Positions 20,434 to 31,455 of a DNA stretch of 64,000 bases are shown here, piece after piece. The notes under the pieces are model-generated. The model was not told where the DNA came from, made no database searches, and saw nothing but the letters and a program-made list of their open reading frames with translations. The translations under genes and the position numbers were made by a program. Source of the stretch: Oceanispirochaeta sp. (GTDB lineage: Bacteria; Spirochaetota; Spirochaetia; DSM-2461); the NCBI GenBank assembly GCA_963666275.2, contig CAXXOA010000002.1:2016001-2080000 (forward strand). The letters run 5' to 3'. Position 1 is the first letter of the stretch, and each line of letters opens with the position of its first letter.

Positions 20434-20687
20434 CTATCCGGGGAAATTGATCTGTTTCTCGGGAAAAAGTGTTATTCGTAAATTTGCGAATATTATTGTA
20501 TAATCCTCCGCTGTTTCACTTATTCCTGCTTGTACAGGATTGCTGGTGATGTAATTGAACGTGTTGATCCATTGAAGGAAACTCCGGACTCTTTTACTTC
20601 ATCTGATTCAAAGATAAATTCCCCTCTGTTGGATTTTGCCGTTACATGGTAGGTGGCACCCTGACGGGTTAATCTAGGTTTTCTCAT
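20434..20687 (-). pseudogene. internally deleted, frameshifted REP-associated tyrosine transposase (RAYT / IS200-like Y1)
   Basis: Absent from ORF track. ATG 20687 behind AAGGAAGG gives MRKPRLTRQGATYHVTAKSNRGEFIF; a shifted frame then reads FLQWINTFNYITSNPVQAGISETAEDY. The central HUH segment is missing. Confidence 0.75.
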
Positions 20688-20754
20688 AACCTTCCTTACT
20701 TGTAATATGCGAAGGGTGCTTGAAAAAATCAGGAAAAAATAATTTTTTATAACC

Positions 20755-20787
20755 TCCGTCCCCTTTCTCGCTTCCGTCCCCTTTCTC
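20755..20787. repeat. direct repeat TCCGTCCCCTTTCTC x2 upstream of the RAYT remnant
   Basis: Identical 15-mers at 20755-20769 and 20773-20787. Confidence 0.7.
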
Positions 20788-20945
20788 CCTTTCTTCTTTC
20801 GATTATTTCCTTGGAAATTCCCTGTCCTGTCTTTTGCAAATCCCCTTGTATTGGATTAGATTTATATAAAGTTAAAAAAAAAAATCATCAGATTCCGGTC
20901 TCGCTTTTATTCGTTCGGGAAATACCCGGTAGGTTTGCGGTAGAT

Positions 20946-22841
20946 ATGGAAAGAAATTCTGAGATAAACAGTGTCTCTGACGTCTCCTCTTATGCAGAGC
21001 TGGAATCTTTTTTTGATTTTTCACTGGACCTTTTATGCATCGCAGAAGTCGACAGTTCCAGATTCCTCAAAGTCAACAATAAGTGGTCCGAACTTCTGGG
21101 ATATTCAAAAGAGGAGATCATCAACCGTTCCTTTATGGATTTTATTCATCCCGATGATGTGGACAGTACTGTCCAGGCTATGGCAAAACTGAGCGTTCAG
21201 AATCCTGTGGTTGATTTTACAAACCGCTACCGCCGTAAAGACGGATCCTACCGTTGGCTCCAATGGCACTCCTATCCCCGGAATAATCTCATCTACGCTG
21301 TTGCCAGGGATGTTACGGATCAGAGAATAAGGGAGAACAGGATAAAAGCGGAAGAGAAGAAATATCGCCTGCTTTTTGACAACATGCCCAGTGGTTTTGC
21401 TCTTCATGAGATGATCTATGATAAGCAGAATACGCCGGTGGACTACAGGTTTCTTGAAGTCAATTCCACTTTTACAGAACTGACCGGTTTTGAAGGTAAA
21501 ATGCTCGAAGGGACTCTTGTAAGTCAGCTCATACCTGATGATTATACAAAATGGGTTGAGATCTATGTCCCTGTTGTTCAGGAGGGAAAAACCATAAAAT
21601 TCCGGTATCAGTCTGATAAGGCGACAAGAGTTTTTGACATAATTGCCTTTGCTTCCGAGAAAGGGAAGTTCGCCACTATTCTTGTTGATATGACAGAACA
21701 GATCCGGAGTCAGAGCCGGTGGATTGAATCAGAAAAAATGGAAGCCATCGGACGTCTGGCCGGTGGTGTGGCCCATGATTTCAATAACCAGCTGGGAGGA
21801 ATCCAGGGGTATGCGGATCTGCTGGATCAGGAACTTCAGGATCCCAAATTAAAAAAATATGCCGGAGAAATCCTTAAAATCACTGAAAATGCGGCAGAAC
21901 TGAGCCGGTCTCTTCTCAATTATTCCCGGAAAGAGCCGGCGAAAAAGACTTTGTTGAATATGGAAACTATTCTGATGGAAGTTATCAGCCTTCTGGAGCG
22001 GACTATCAATAAGAAGATTGAAATACAGAAAAACATCGCTGCAGAGGAGCCCATTATCCGGGGAGATGCCTCGCAGATTCAGAATGCCCTTTTGAATCTG
22101 GGAATAAATGGCAGTGATGCCATGTCCGATGGAGGAATACTCAGATTCAAAATTGAGAAAATTCTGATAGATGAGCTTTCCTCCTATTATCAGGTCCCTG
22201 CCGGAGAATATCTTGAGGTCTCCATTTCCGATACGGGAGAGGGGATGGAACAGGATATGGTAAAAAAAATTTTTGAACCCTTTTTTACAACCAAGGAGAA
22301 AGGCCGGGGAACCGGATTGGGACTGGCTACTGTCTATAATACAGTAAAAATCCATGGAGGCGACATTACTGTGTATTCCGAAACCGGCAAGGGGACCCAG
22401 TTCAATCTCTATTTTCCTGTGGCTGAAAAAGAATCTGCAGCGGATGAATCTACCGGAGGGGCTGTTCCTCAGAGCAGAGGTTCGGGAGAGTCTATTCTGA
22501 TTGTGGATGATGAATATTCAGTTGCGACGGTACTCAGTGTCTTTCTTACGAATATGGGGTATTTCCCTCAGGTATTTACCCGTCCCGTTGAAGCTCTGGA
22601 ATATTACAGGAAGAACTGGCAGAAAACAGATCTGGTGATTCTGGATATGATGATGCCCCAGATGAACGGGCAGGAGCTGCTCAATGGCATGAGGGACATT
22701 AATCCTGAGGTAAAGGCAATCCTCTCCTCAGGATTTCACAATACGGAAAACGGCAAACTCAAATCTTTCAGGGGGATTCTGAAAAAACCCTTCCGCAGCA
22801 ATGAACTGGCGGCTGTATGCTGGAAGGTTCTGCACGAGTAG
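20946..22841 (+). CDS. cytoplasmic PAS-PAS hybrid histidine kinase/response regulator
   Basis: PAS IHPDD, H-box [30 protein letters not shown]; probable ATG 20946 (ORF track opens at 20811). Confidence 0.93.
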   Translation: MERNSEINSVSDVSSYAELESFFDFSLDLLCIAEVDSSRFLKVNNKWSELLGYSKEEIINRSFMDFIHPDDVDSTVQAMAKLSVQNPVVDFTNRYRRKDGSYRWLQWHSYPRNNLIYAVARDVTDQRIRENRIKAEEKKYRLLFDNMPSGFALHEMIYDKQNTPVDYRFLEVNSTFTELTGFEGKMLEGTLVSQLIPDDYTKWVEIYVPVVQEGKTIKFRYQSDKATRVFDIIAFASEKGKFATILVDMTEQIRSQSRWIESEKMEAIGRLAGGVAHDFNNQLGGIQGYADLLDQELQDPKLKKYAGEILKITENAAELSRSLLNYSRKEPAKKTLLNMETILMEVISLLERTINKKIEIQKNIAAEEPIIRGDASQIQNALLNLGINGSDAMSDGGILRFKIEKILIDELSSYYQVPAGEYLEVSISDTGEGMEQDMVKKIFEPFFTTKEKGRGTGLGLATVYNTVKIHGGDITVYSETGKGTQFNLYFPVAEKESAADESTGGAVPQSRGSGESILIVDDEYSVATVLSVFLTNMGYFPQVFTRPVEALEYYRKNWQKTDLVILDMMMPQMNGQELLNGMRDINPEVKAILSSGFHNTENGKLKSFRGILKKPFRSNELAAVCWKVLHE

Positions 22842-22855
22842 GATGACCGCTGAAA

Positions 22856-23386
22856 TCAGCTTTTCTCTTTCTCCAGCTTGAACTGTTTGATGAATCGGGT
22901 CTGTTCGCTTGTAATATTCACAAGCATATTGTTTTTGACATGACTTATAGCCTCTTCGGGAGAGCATCCTGTTAGGGTCATATAAATGCAGCTCACAGCC
23001 AGAGAGGTCCTTCCGACTCCCGCATGACAGTGGACAAGGAGGTTCTGTTTTTTTTCCAGCCTGTCCAGAGCTTCTTCTACAAGATGCTGTATCACATCTC
23101 CCGAGGGGGCCTGGAAATCTTCAATGATATAGCGGGAATAGGTAATCCCTCTTTTCTCATACTCCTGCAGGAGAGGTTTTCGGGCTTTTTTCTCCAGTTC
23201 CCTGTCTGTCACCAGAGAGAACACATGATCGATCTTATGCAGTTTATAGATCTTGAAAAGCCTGTTCCTTTTGTCATAGGCTCCGGTGGGCATGGGGCTT
23301 GTAAAGAGTTTTCCCGGGGATTTCATGGGGATTTCTCTGAATATACCGGAATCATTCCTCAGAGAGAGGGCTCTGAACAGTTTCAT
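22856..23386 (-). CDS. dual-specificity/tyrosine protein phosphatase family protein
   Basis: CX5R motif VHCHAGVGRTS; upstream IEDF general-acid loop. Confidence 0.88.
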   Translation of the reverse strand: MKLFRALSLRNDSGIFREIPMKSPGKLFTSPMPTGAYDKRNRLFKIYKLHKIDHVFSLVTDRELEKKARKPLLQEYEKRGITYSRYIIEDFQAPSGDVIQHLVEEALDRLEKKQNLLVHCHAGVGRTSLAVSCIYMTLTGCSPEEAISHVKNNMLVNITSEQTRFIKQFKLEKEKS

Positions 23387-23543
23387 ATGTATTCTCCTGA
23401 TGCCATAAATATAAGCCTTCCAATTGATAGTGTCCTGAAAGGATACATTTTTTGACGATGTTCCCCAAGATCTCCGGTGAGGGGGAGGACGGGAAAATCA
23501 GGAAAATTCGTTTTTTTACAAAAAGGGTGTAAACTGTCTCAAC

Positions 23544-23765
23544 ATGGTTTCAATCACTTGTGAATTCTGTGATGTTTTGAATATCGTGAGTCTTCTGGAA
23601 GAGGATCACACCCCCCTGGATCCCTCTCTGGCTGAGAGACTGATACGGTATTACTGCAATAATCCTGATGTGGATAACAGTTACTGCCGCAATCAGGGGG
23701 AAAAGGAAAAATGTTCCTTTCATTCTATGCTGAACATGAGCACGGATATTCTGAAAAAGGAGTAG
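23544..23765 (+). CDS. small Cys-rich hypothetical protein
   Basis: 73 aa filling the intergenic gap; CEFC plus three more Cys. Confidence 0.5.
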   Translation: MVSITCEFCDVLNIVSLLEEDHTPLDPSLAERLIRYYCNNPDVDNSYCRNQGEKEKCSFHSMLNMSTDILKKE

Positions 23766-23784
23766 TCAGGACCTGTCAGGCTTA

Positions 23785-24822
23785 CTATATTTGTGCTTTC
23801 CTGATTTTTTTATCCATGTATAGTCGTTAGTCCGCAATCTGAAGAACTTCTTCAAATGTGAGGTCCTTTCTGGAAGCGATACCGAAACTGACGGAGAAAT
23901 TCTGAGCACTGTACTGTTTTGAGTATTCATTGAAAGCTTTTTCCAGTCTCTCATACTGCTCCCGTGATTCTGTTTCATTTGTATTGGGAAGGATTATCAG
24001 GAATTCATCTCCTCCGTAGCGCGCGCATATGTCATAGCTTCGAATGTTTTTCTGAATGATCCGGGCAATCTCCACAAGCACTTTGTCGCCTTCCAGATGG
24101 CCCAGTTCATCGTTGATCCTTTTGAAATTGTTCAGATCCATAAATATCACAGAGGGGGCGGTCCCATCCCGTCTGGCCCGGTTGAATTCCATTTCGGCAA
24201 AGCTGTCTATATAGCGTTTATTGTAAAGATTCGTGAGGGCGTCGGTGATGCTGATATTCTCCAGTTGTTTATAGTGCGCCGAGTACTGCTTCATAATATA
24301 GATGAGGGTTGTCATGACAAACAGAGAAATAATGGCATAGTTGATGGAAAGATCCAGAAGTCTCTGGTCTCTGGAGGGAAACCTGGGAAAAAGCCCGGGG
24401 TAATACTTTTCTATCTGCAGGAGTACCACCTGTTCAATGATGGCGGCAAGGGGAAATACAGCCTCCCATCGTTTCACTGCGATCACCGAGCCCAGAAAAA
24501 TTACAAAAAATGTGATATAGGGCATGACGCCGTCCGCTCCGGGAGAGGTCAGATATCCGAAAGGGATGTAGAGCAGGCTTATGACCGCAAGGAACGAAAC
24601 CCTTGAGAGAGTATAGTTTTCATGATTTCCCGAAAAGATTAGCCAGAGTAGGCAGAAAAGGATAATCAGGATGACTGAAATTGTATTTATAAGAGGGCTA
24701 TGAGTCAGGATCTGGGAAATAAGAAAAACGAATCCCAGACCCATTATGAACTTAAGATATATCCGGAAAAGAGCGTACTGGATATCCTGACTGAGCTTAT
24801 CATCAAGGATCTTCTCTAGCAT
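23785..24822 (-). pseudogene. membrane diguanylate cyclase with premature TAA near its C-terminus
   Basis: TM helices, DALTNLYNKR, RSYD I-site, GGDEF. Reads QIAD*RLYMDKKIRKAQI* across TAA 23827-23829. ATG 24822 behind AGGAG. Confidence 0.7.
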
Positions 24823-24981
24823 CGATTTAACTCCTGAATACAGTCTAGTTATCTTTGTTTTCCATAGCAATCAATTCCTGATAGAAAATATCAGAGATCT
24901 CTCTTTCTGGCGTTTCCCTGCTTCTGCCTCTTTTCTATTTACCTGTATCTTTTTATCATAAACGGGAAGGATGGAGTAGCT

Positions 24982-25224
24982 ATGAGTATGGAAGGTCTGG
25001 AGCTTATTAAAAAAGCCGAAGGGCTTTATCGGGAAGCCCGTGATAAGTATGATTCGGGAGATCTCGTTGGGGCACTGGCTGATGCTGTGAAATCGGTAGA
25101 GATACAGAAGGACATCGCCCGCCTGAGTGAAATGCCTTTTTTCGGTTCCGATTCAGAGTTCCTGAGGCAGGAGATTCTGGAGAAAATGGGACACAAAGCG
25201 GAAGATCCCGCACCAGGAGAATAA
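24982..25224 (+). CDS. small hypothetical protein (TPR-like helix pair)
   Basis: 80 aa; GGAG SD; ends 1 bp before the ADH start. Confidence 0.6.
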   Translation: MSMEGLELIKKAEGLYREARDKYDSGDLVGALADAVKSVEIQKDIARLSEMPFFGSDSEFLRQEILEKMGHKAEDPAPGE

Positions 25225-25225
25225 C

Positions 25226-26266
25226 ATGAAAGCAGCCGTTTACAGAGAGTTCGGAAAACCTCTGAATATTGAAACACTTCCGGATCCCGTTCCAACGGAT
25301 AAGGGGGTTGTTATAAGGATCGCCGCAACGGGATTATGCAGAAGTGACTGGCATGGATGGATGGGGCATGATCCTGACATCACTCTCCCTCATGTGCCCG
25401 GACACGAACTGGCCGGTGTCGTGGAGAAGGTGGGAGCCAATGTGACCTTATGGAAAAAAGGGGACAGAGTGACCCTTCCGTTTGTTTGCGGTTGCGGTCA
25501 TTGTCCCCAGTGCTCTTCGGGGAATCATCAGGTTTGCGATCACCAGTTTCAGCCCGGATTCACCCACTGGGGATCCTTTGCGGAACTGGTTGCCATCGAT
25601 TTCGCCGATATCAATCTTGTCCGGATCCCCGAGGAAATTGACTTTGTAACGGCTGCCAGTCTGGGATGCCGCTTTGTCACCTCTTTCCGGGCCGTCGTCG
25701 AGCAGGGAAGGGTGGCCCCCGGTCAATGGGTGGCTGTACACGGCTGCGGAGGCATAGGGCTTTCGGCCATTATGATCGCCAGCGCCATGGGGGCGAATGT
25801 GGTGGCTGTTGATCTGGGAGAGGACAAGCTTTCCTTCGCCAGGAGCGTTGGTGCGGTTGCGACAGTCAATGCCTCAGAAACAGATGATCCTGTTGGAGAG
25901 ATCCGGCGTATTACAGGCGGAGGGGCCCATGTCTCCCTGGATGGTCTGGGTTCACCGGTCACATCCTTCAACTCCATTTCCTGTCTGAGAAAGAGAGGAA
26001 AGCATGTTCAGGTGGGACTGATGCTGGGAGATCATAAACATCCCTCTGTCCCCATGGACAGAGTGATCGCCCATGAACTGGAGATCCTGGGGAGCCATGG
26101 TATGCAGGCTCACAAGTATCCAGAGCTTCTTGAAATGATAAGGACGGGAAAGCTGGATCCCCGGAAGCTGATCCGCCGGACTATTTCTCTGGAGGAGTCT
26201 CTGGAAGCTCTGACCCGGATGGATGAATTCAGCGGAACGGGAATCACGGTTATAGACCGATTCTGA
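25226..26266 (+). CDS. zinc-dependent alcohol dehydrogenase family protein
   Basis: C.SD.H, GHE, structural CG.C..C...C, GCGGIG. Confidence 0.93.
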   Translation: MKAAVYREFGKPLNIETLPDPVPTDKGVVIRIAATGLCRSDWHGWMGHDPDITLPHVPGHELAGVVEKVGANVTLWKKGDRVTLPFVCGCGHCPQCSSGNHQVCDHQFQPGFTHWGSFAELVAIDFADINLVRIPEEIDFVTAASLGCRFVTSFRAVVEQGRVAPGQWVAVHGCGGIGLSAIMIASAMGANVVAVDLGEDKLSFARSVGAVATVNASETDDPVGEIRRITGGGAHVSLDGLGSPVTSFNSISCLRKRGKHVQVGLMLGDHKHPSVPMDRVIAHELEILGSHGMQAHKYPELLEMIRTGKLDPRKLIRRTISLEESLEALTRMDEFSGTGITVIDRF

Positions 26267-26290
26267 TCATCTGCCGAACCCGTCGTATCG

Positions 26291-26326
26291 TCAGTCATTC
26301 CGGACTGTATAATCCGGAATGACTGA
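26291..26326. terminator. perfect 14-bp inverted repeat between convergent genes (terminator or REP-like)
   Basis: TCAGTCATTCCGGA-CTGTATAA-TCCGGAATGACTGA. Confidence 0.6.
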
Positions 26327-26338
26327 TTGTCTGCAGGT

Positions 26339-27649
26339 TCATTTAATCCAAGCTTTCTCTTTACTGAAAGATCTTCGGGAAAGGAGAAACGGCAGGCTTG
26401 CCAGTCCTATCAGTACTGCCGCCGAAGCTCCCATTATTCCGGTAAACCGGTAGTGTCCCCATATCTTTTCCATAATGCTGAAAACCCAGGGGCCCAGGGC
26501 GCTGCCGGCAACAATGAAACTCATGGCCAGGCCCGATATGGCCCCCAGGTGCTCTCTGCCGTAAAGCTTGGGCCAGGTGATAGAGTTCAGAACTCCGAAA
26601 ATACCTGCTCCCACACCCATCCCCAGAATCAGAGTGAATGAGGTCACCCCATTATAGGGCAGCGCCAGAGAGATCGCTCCCAGAAGAATCGCCAGATCCA
26701 GAAGATAGAAATGGTATTTCAGATCGATCATATCGCTCAGCCAGCTTCCCAGAAAGCGGGCCGCAACGGATATGATGGATATGGGAAGGAATATGGCCAC
26801 TGCCTGGGCTGTATCCTTTCCCAGAGAGCTGAAAATGGAGGTGATATGAAAGGTGAAGGCTGTGTTGTAGAGGGCCCAGAAAAAGAGGAGCGCCAGGTAG
26901 CACCATAAGCGGGGATCCCTTTTGGCTTCTTTCAGCGTTTTCGAAGGAGCATCCCCTTTTCTGCCGCCTTTACTGCCTGTCCGTATTTTCAGCCCCTCTT
27001 CCATTTTCATATCACAGTCTTCGGGGCTGTCTCTGAAAAAGATCAGAATAAAGGGCAGTACGGCGCCCAGGAGAATGATTCCCATCACAAGCCATGATCT
27101 TTTCCAGTCTGTCAGATTGATAAGACCCTGAAGCGCCCGGGGGGCGTAGGAGAAGCCGAAGGATGTGAAAATCCCCATAAGAGCGGCAACAAAGCCTCTA
27201 TGGGCCTCAAACCAGCGCATAACCATTCCCCGGGAGATAAGAGTCAGCACTCCCTGTCCGAAGAATCTGATGCCGAAAAATCCGATGATCATGAGGCCGA
27301 ACGCGGCAGAGCTCATTTCGACTCCCAGAAGCTCAGATAAAGAGAGGCTGAGGTTCAGAGACCGGGAGAGGAATATAAGACAGAGACCCAGGCCGACAGC
27401 GGCCGCCGCGGCAGCTACTCTGGCTCCGAAATAGTCATAGAACATGCCTGCTCTTGTCATAACCAGGGCGCTTAAAAGGGTTCCGATCATATAGGCTGTG
27501 GATATTTCAATACGGCTTATGGAGAGATGCTGAATAAGATGGTCTGTATAGACAGAGACGCCCATGGTCTGCCCCGGTACACTGCAGAGTATACCGATGG
27601 CCCCTGCCGCCATGATGATCCAGCCGTAATAGAAGGGAAGTGTTTTCAC
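26339..27649 (-). CDS. MFS transporter
   Basis: About 12 hydrophobic segments; FYYGW, G...D.FG.R, WF...RG, YGR.HLG.I.G. Confidence 0.9.
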   Translation of the reverse strand: MKTLPFYYGWIIMAAGAIGILCSVPGQTMGVSVYTDHLIQHLSISRIEISTAYMIGTLLSALVMTRAGMFYDYFGARVAAAAAAVGLGLCLIFLSRSLNLSLSLSELLGVEMSSAAFGLMIIGFFGIRFFGQGVLTLISRGMVMRWFEAHRGFVAALMGIFTSFGFSYAPRALQGLINLTDWKRSWLVMGIILLGAVLPFILIFFRDSPEDCDMKMEEGLKIRTGSKGGRKGDAPSKTLKEAKRDPRLWCYLALLFFWALYNTAFTFHITSIFSSLGKDTAQAVAIFLPISIISVAARFLGSWLSDMIDLKYHFYLLDLAILLGAISLALPYNGVTSFTLILGMGVGAGIFGVLNSITWPKLYGREHLGAISGLAMSFIVAGSALGPWVFSIMEKIWGHYRFTGIMGASAAVLIGLASLPFLLSRRSFSKEKAWIK

Positions 27650-27786
27650 AGGAAAGGGGAAATTTCCCGGAATGAGATGATGTTTTGTATTTCTGATAGA
27701 AAAACTCCTGAATAAAGTCCGGCTATTATAGTGAAAAAAGACCCTACTGTAAGCAGGAGCAGGGCTTTTTCAGAGAAATCTCCCCC

Positions 27787-29964
27787 TTAAAAGTGGATCC
27801 TTGTCTCTATGGTGAATACAGGGACGATTTCAGGGGTTATCCCGTCGTCTTTCATCACAAGATCTCCCTGATCATCGTAAATGGTTGAAGAGGATACAAT
27901 CACCGCAAGATCCAGTGTCGGGGCAACGGGGAGCACCACCTCTCCGGTCAGCAGGGAGTCTTCGTTCATCCAGATAAAATCCCCATCCCTCAGAGACGGA
28001 TAAAACCGGGCCCTTTCGTAGGAGATACTTCCCGAAAGGTTGTAGAAGGGGATCATACCCCGGGAGATTTCCAGAGCCAGCCGGAAGTAGTCCTCATCGC
28101 TGATGGACACCTCCTTTCCATCCAGTTCCCAGGGCCAGAGGTAGCCGGCGGAGATCCGGATCTTCTCCTGGAAAAGCCGGAAACCTGCTTCTCCGAAAAC
28201 TCCCAGAGATGCGTCTGTATTTTCAGGGCTTTCCAGGTACTGATTCATCTGTACAAGGTAGGAGAGGCGATTCCTCTGGTAGAGATTATCAAAAAGGTTG
28301 TGTCTGTAAAGTCCGTCTTCGTAACGGAGATCCAGAATAAAATCCAGCATCGTGACCTGCCCGGCCATCCCGGTTTTGACTCCGAAATTGCTCAGTTCCT
28401 CACCGTCCCAGATCAGCTTGAAGGGGTCGGAGGTATTAAAGGCTGTGCCCACCGGCTGATTCCTGTAAAGGGGAATGACAGAAGAGATATCCCCGTAGGT
28501 TTTGAGTTTCAGTAGAGCTGTATTGAAAGAGAAAAATTCGAGATCCAGAGAACCGCCGACCAGATAGGGATCTCCCAGGGATTCGGGATCATCCGCGTCA
28601 GAGGCCGGGACAAGATCTACCACAGCCGCGGCTCCGGGAGAGAATAGCTTTCCCTTGCGGATCTGAACTCTGCCTCCCATCAGAGAGGGGGACGGAGCAT
28701 GATCAACAAGGGCCTCCAGCTGGAGTCCTCCCCATGTGACTCCTCCATTGATTCCGGCCATCCGGACAGCGGGGAAACTGGTATTATTGCTGTAGTTTCT
28801 TACAAGTGATCCGTGGCCGAGTGTGATGGTTTCCAGGTTTCCCACTTTCAGGTAGAAAGGATCCCATCCCTGATCTCCGTATTCAAAAAACCGGACTTTC
28901 AGCCATAGATCTCTGTTTATATCGAAAAAGATATCCTGCATTCCCGACTGATCTCCTCCAAAGGACCACTCGTTATTTCCTTCCGGCTGATACCAGTCAG
29001 AGGAATCCAGGAAATTCTCCTGATATACAATGGGCAGATAGAGACCGAGGCGAACCTTTCCTGTCAGAAAAACAGGCTGGGCCACGGCCTGGGCCCAGGT
29101 TTCTCCGTTTATGGTGAGAGATCCCACAGTAAGATTCATATGATCTGAAAACCACTGCTCCAGTTTTGAGGGGGCTCTGTCAGATGCGGCCGTTTCCTCT
29201 TCCCCTGTCTCTGCCGGTTCCGGGACGGGAGGAGCGCTTTCCGGGGAAACTTCCACCGGTTCACTCTCCGATGCCGTTTCTTCTGGCTCTGCTCCCGCCG
29301 GGGGATTCTCCATGGCCTGGCCAGGGACGTCCCGGGGATTGAGCTTGCGGAAGGGGAGGGCGTCAAAGGCGGCATTGACCTCCCCGGCTGTGAGAATGAC
29401 CGGTGTAAAGAGCGCAGCTCCCGTGTCGACCCGCATATTGGCACTGATCTGAGTCCTGTTTGCCGGATCCGCCAGACTGATCACATCGACCAGTCCGGAT
29501 TTGCAGAGAATCGAGTTCTCATTGTCCAGAACCGTGTTGAGGATCTCGGTTCCCCGGATACCGCAGACAGAGGTGGGTGTATTGACCACGTATCGGTTAT
29601 CCCGTCCCAGACGGGACGCTACCGTTCTCAGTCTGCCTGAGAAAAGGCTCAGCGAGGTCTCTTCGCTCTCCTGTCTGCCCTGGATGGCGTTGATGACAAA
29701 GACTGTGTTCTCCCCCAGGTTGAAGATTGTTCCGTTCGGGGCCAGGCGGATTTCCACATTGGCACTGCCTGTTCGGACGGTGGATCCCAGGGCCAGTTCT
29801 CCACCGATATAGGCCTCTTCCTCCTCTCCCGAGGGAGTTTGAATGATGACTTCAAAGGGATCACCCTCTATGTACTCAATTATGGCAATGCTGCCTTCCT
29901 GGGCAGTTAGAAACAGGACCGGAAGAAGAGCATATAACAGGATTCCTTGTAATTTTCTTTTCAT
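27787..29964 (-). CDS. FecR-domain protein fused to a probable outer-membrane beta-barrel
   Basis: Signal peptide; FecR motifs V.TG, V.TPTSV.GIRGT; Pro/Glu linker; beta-rich C-terminal half ending TIETRIHF. Confidence 0.75.
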   Translation of the reverse strand: MKRKLQGILLYALLPVLFLTAQEGSIAIIEYIEGDPFEVIIQTPSGEEEEAYIGGELALGSTVRTGSANVEIRLAPNGTIFNLGENTVFVINAIQGRQESEETSLSLFSGRLRTVASRLGRDNRYVVNTPTSVCGIRGTEILNTVLDNENSILCKSGLVDVISLADPANRTQISANMRVDTGAALFTPVILTAGEVNAAFDALPFRKLNPRDVPGQAMENPPAGAEPEETASESEPVEVSPESAPPVPEPAETGEEETAASDRAPSKLEQWFSDHMNLTVGSLTINGETWAQAVAQPVFLTGKVRLGLYLPIVYQENFLDSSDWYQPEGNNEWSFGGDQSGMQDIFFDINRDLWLKVRFFEYGDQGWDPFYLKVGNLETITLGHGSLVRNYSNNTSFPAVRMAGINGGVTWGGLQLEALVDHAPSPSLMGGRVQIRKGKLFSPGAAAVVDLVPASDADDPESLGDPYLVGGSLDLEFFSFNTALLKLKTYGDISSVIPLYRNQPVGTAFNTSDPFKLIWDGEELSNFGVKTGMAGQVTMLDFILDLRYEDGLYRHNLFDNLYQRNRLSYLVQMNQYLESPENTDASLGVFGEAGFRLFQEKIRISAGYLWPWELDGKEVSISDEDYFRLALEISRGMIPFYNLSGSISYERARFYPSLRDGDFIWMNEDSLLTGEVVLPVAPTLDLAVIVSSSTIYDDQGDLVMKDDGITPEIVPVFTIETRIHF

Positions 29965-29981
29965 TTTTCTCTCCTTCGGGT

Positions 29982-31361
29982 TTAAAACTGAATTCCCGTA
30001 CGGATCTGGGAGGTAACGTTCCAGTCGCGGCTGTCTCCGGGTTCGTATTTGGCATCTACCTGGAAGGTAATCACAGCCGGAGCCATATGGAAATTGACCT
30101 GCCCTCCCAAAAGAGCATTTTCCGGATCTATCAGATCATCGGGATTTTGAATAAACATCTTGTCGTACCAGAAGCTGAAATCCACAAGACTGACAGTACC
30201 CGGCTGAAGAGACAGGATCCCTTTCATCCTGGGATCCCGGTAGGGATTGTTCTCAGGGTTGGAGAAAGGCCCCTCCAGGGACACATTGAAAATCAGTGAG
30301 TCCTGAAGGAGCGACACTCCCATAGATGCCAGATACCCCACTGCAGCATCCAGTATGGGCTCCTCTTCATTATGATAGATGATGTATTTATCACTCCGCA
30401 GCAGGTCGTAGGGACTGTCAAAATAGACAGGCTGGAAATCATCTCCCATAAAACGGAGCTGACCGGTATAGCGGAAGAACAGGAGAGCCCCCGCAGCCCC
30501 CAGCATGCTTCCGGTTTTCGGATCCGAGGTGCCCTGAAAAACCATATCCCCCATCAGGGCTACTGAGGAAATCTCCCCGCTGTAGAGAGGCGCAATAAAG
30601 TCGAATCCTGTGATCTGAACCCGGTCGGGATTGTAATCCTCAGGATAGAGACTGTTCTCATAGGCATCGTAATAGCCGTTTTCATCTTCATCTGTCAGAT
30701 AGATAAAGGGATCCCTGTCCATATAGAGGGAGGTACCGATTTCCAGATTTTTCAGAATATAATTCTGTGACAGATTCGAAGCGGGATATCCGAAGAGTCT
30801 GGCTCCGGCAAGATCCAGGGCGGAAATATTGGAAACCATTCCCTGAACTCCCAGGTAGGGAAAATCGAAGAGTTCTCCCTTCAGGCTGAACTGTCCGCCG
30901 AAGATCCTTTTTTCTGGGAGCAGGAGCGTGTTGGCATACCCGCCCATGATGAACCCTGTACCCAGGGTTGTGGACCCCAGACTTCCCAGGCGGATAAAGA
31001 GGGGATCTCTCTCCTGTCCCCATCTGATATAGGAGAATTTTGAAAGATAAAGGTTCAGATAGTCGGGAAATGTTCCGTCCCGGTCAAAATACCAGTCCCT
31101 TTTGAAAACCCGGAACCGGGGATCTCCCTGATCGTCATTTTTCAGAGTGAAGCGATAATCAATATCCAGGCCGACACCCAGTTTTCCATAGGAGAATTCA
31201 GGCAGAAAACGGACAGAATTGTAAACTTCCTCATCCAGGGTGACTGTACCGATTGACAGGCCGAAGCTGAAATCCGCTTGCGCTGTCTGCTCTTCCTGTG
31301 AGAGCAGAGGGGCAGTTAGCAAAGGTATCAGAAGAGACAGGAATATCAGGTTCCGTTTCAT
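29982..31361 (-). CDS. probable outer-membrane beta-barrel, paralogous to the C-terminal half of the FecR protein
   Basis: Signal peptide; shared DP.(F/Y)..(L/V)G.L...TLG.G.....Y.N motif; ends IRTGIQF. ATG 31361 behind AGGAGG. Confidence 0.7.
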   Translation of the reverse strand: MKRNLIFLSLLIPLLTAPLLSQEEQTAQADFSFGLSIGTVTLDEEVYNSVRFLPEFSYGKLGVGLDIDYRFTLKNDDQGDPRFRVFKRDWYFDRDGTFPDYLNLYLSKFSYIRWGQERDPLFIRLGSLGSTTLGTGFIMGGYANTLLLPEKRIFGGQFSLKGELFDFPYLGVQGMVSNISALDLAGARLFGYPASNLSQNYILKNLEIGTSLYMDRDPFIYLTDEDENGYYDAYENSLYPEDYNPDRVQITGFDFIAPLYSGEISSVALMGDMVFQGTSDPKTGSMLGAAGALLFFRYTGQLRFMGDDFQPVYFDSPYDLLRSDKYIIYHNEEEPILDAAVGYLASMGVSLLQDSLIFNVSLEGPFSNPENNPYRDPRMKGILSLQPGTVSLVDFSFWYDKMFIQNPDDLIDPENALLGGQVNFHMAPAVITFQVDAKYEPGDSRDWNVTSQIRTGIQF

Positions 31362-31455
31362 GTTTTGAACCCTCCTGAATATCAGTATAGTACAAAGTAC
31401 AGGAGTCTTCACTCATTCTTCGGAGCCGCGTTATATTCAGAAAAAGTTGAGACGC

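Noticed and set aside
23766..23978. 70-aa minus ORF as a frameshifted continuation of the DGC
   Set aside because: The conserved GGDEF tail continues in the original frame after the TAA, so no frameshift is needed.
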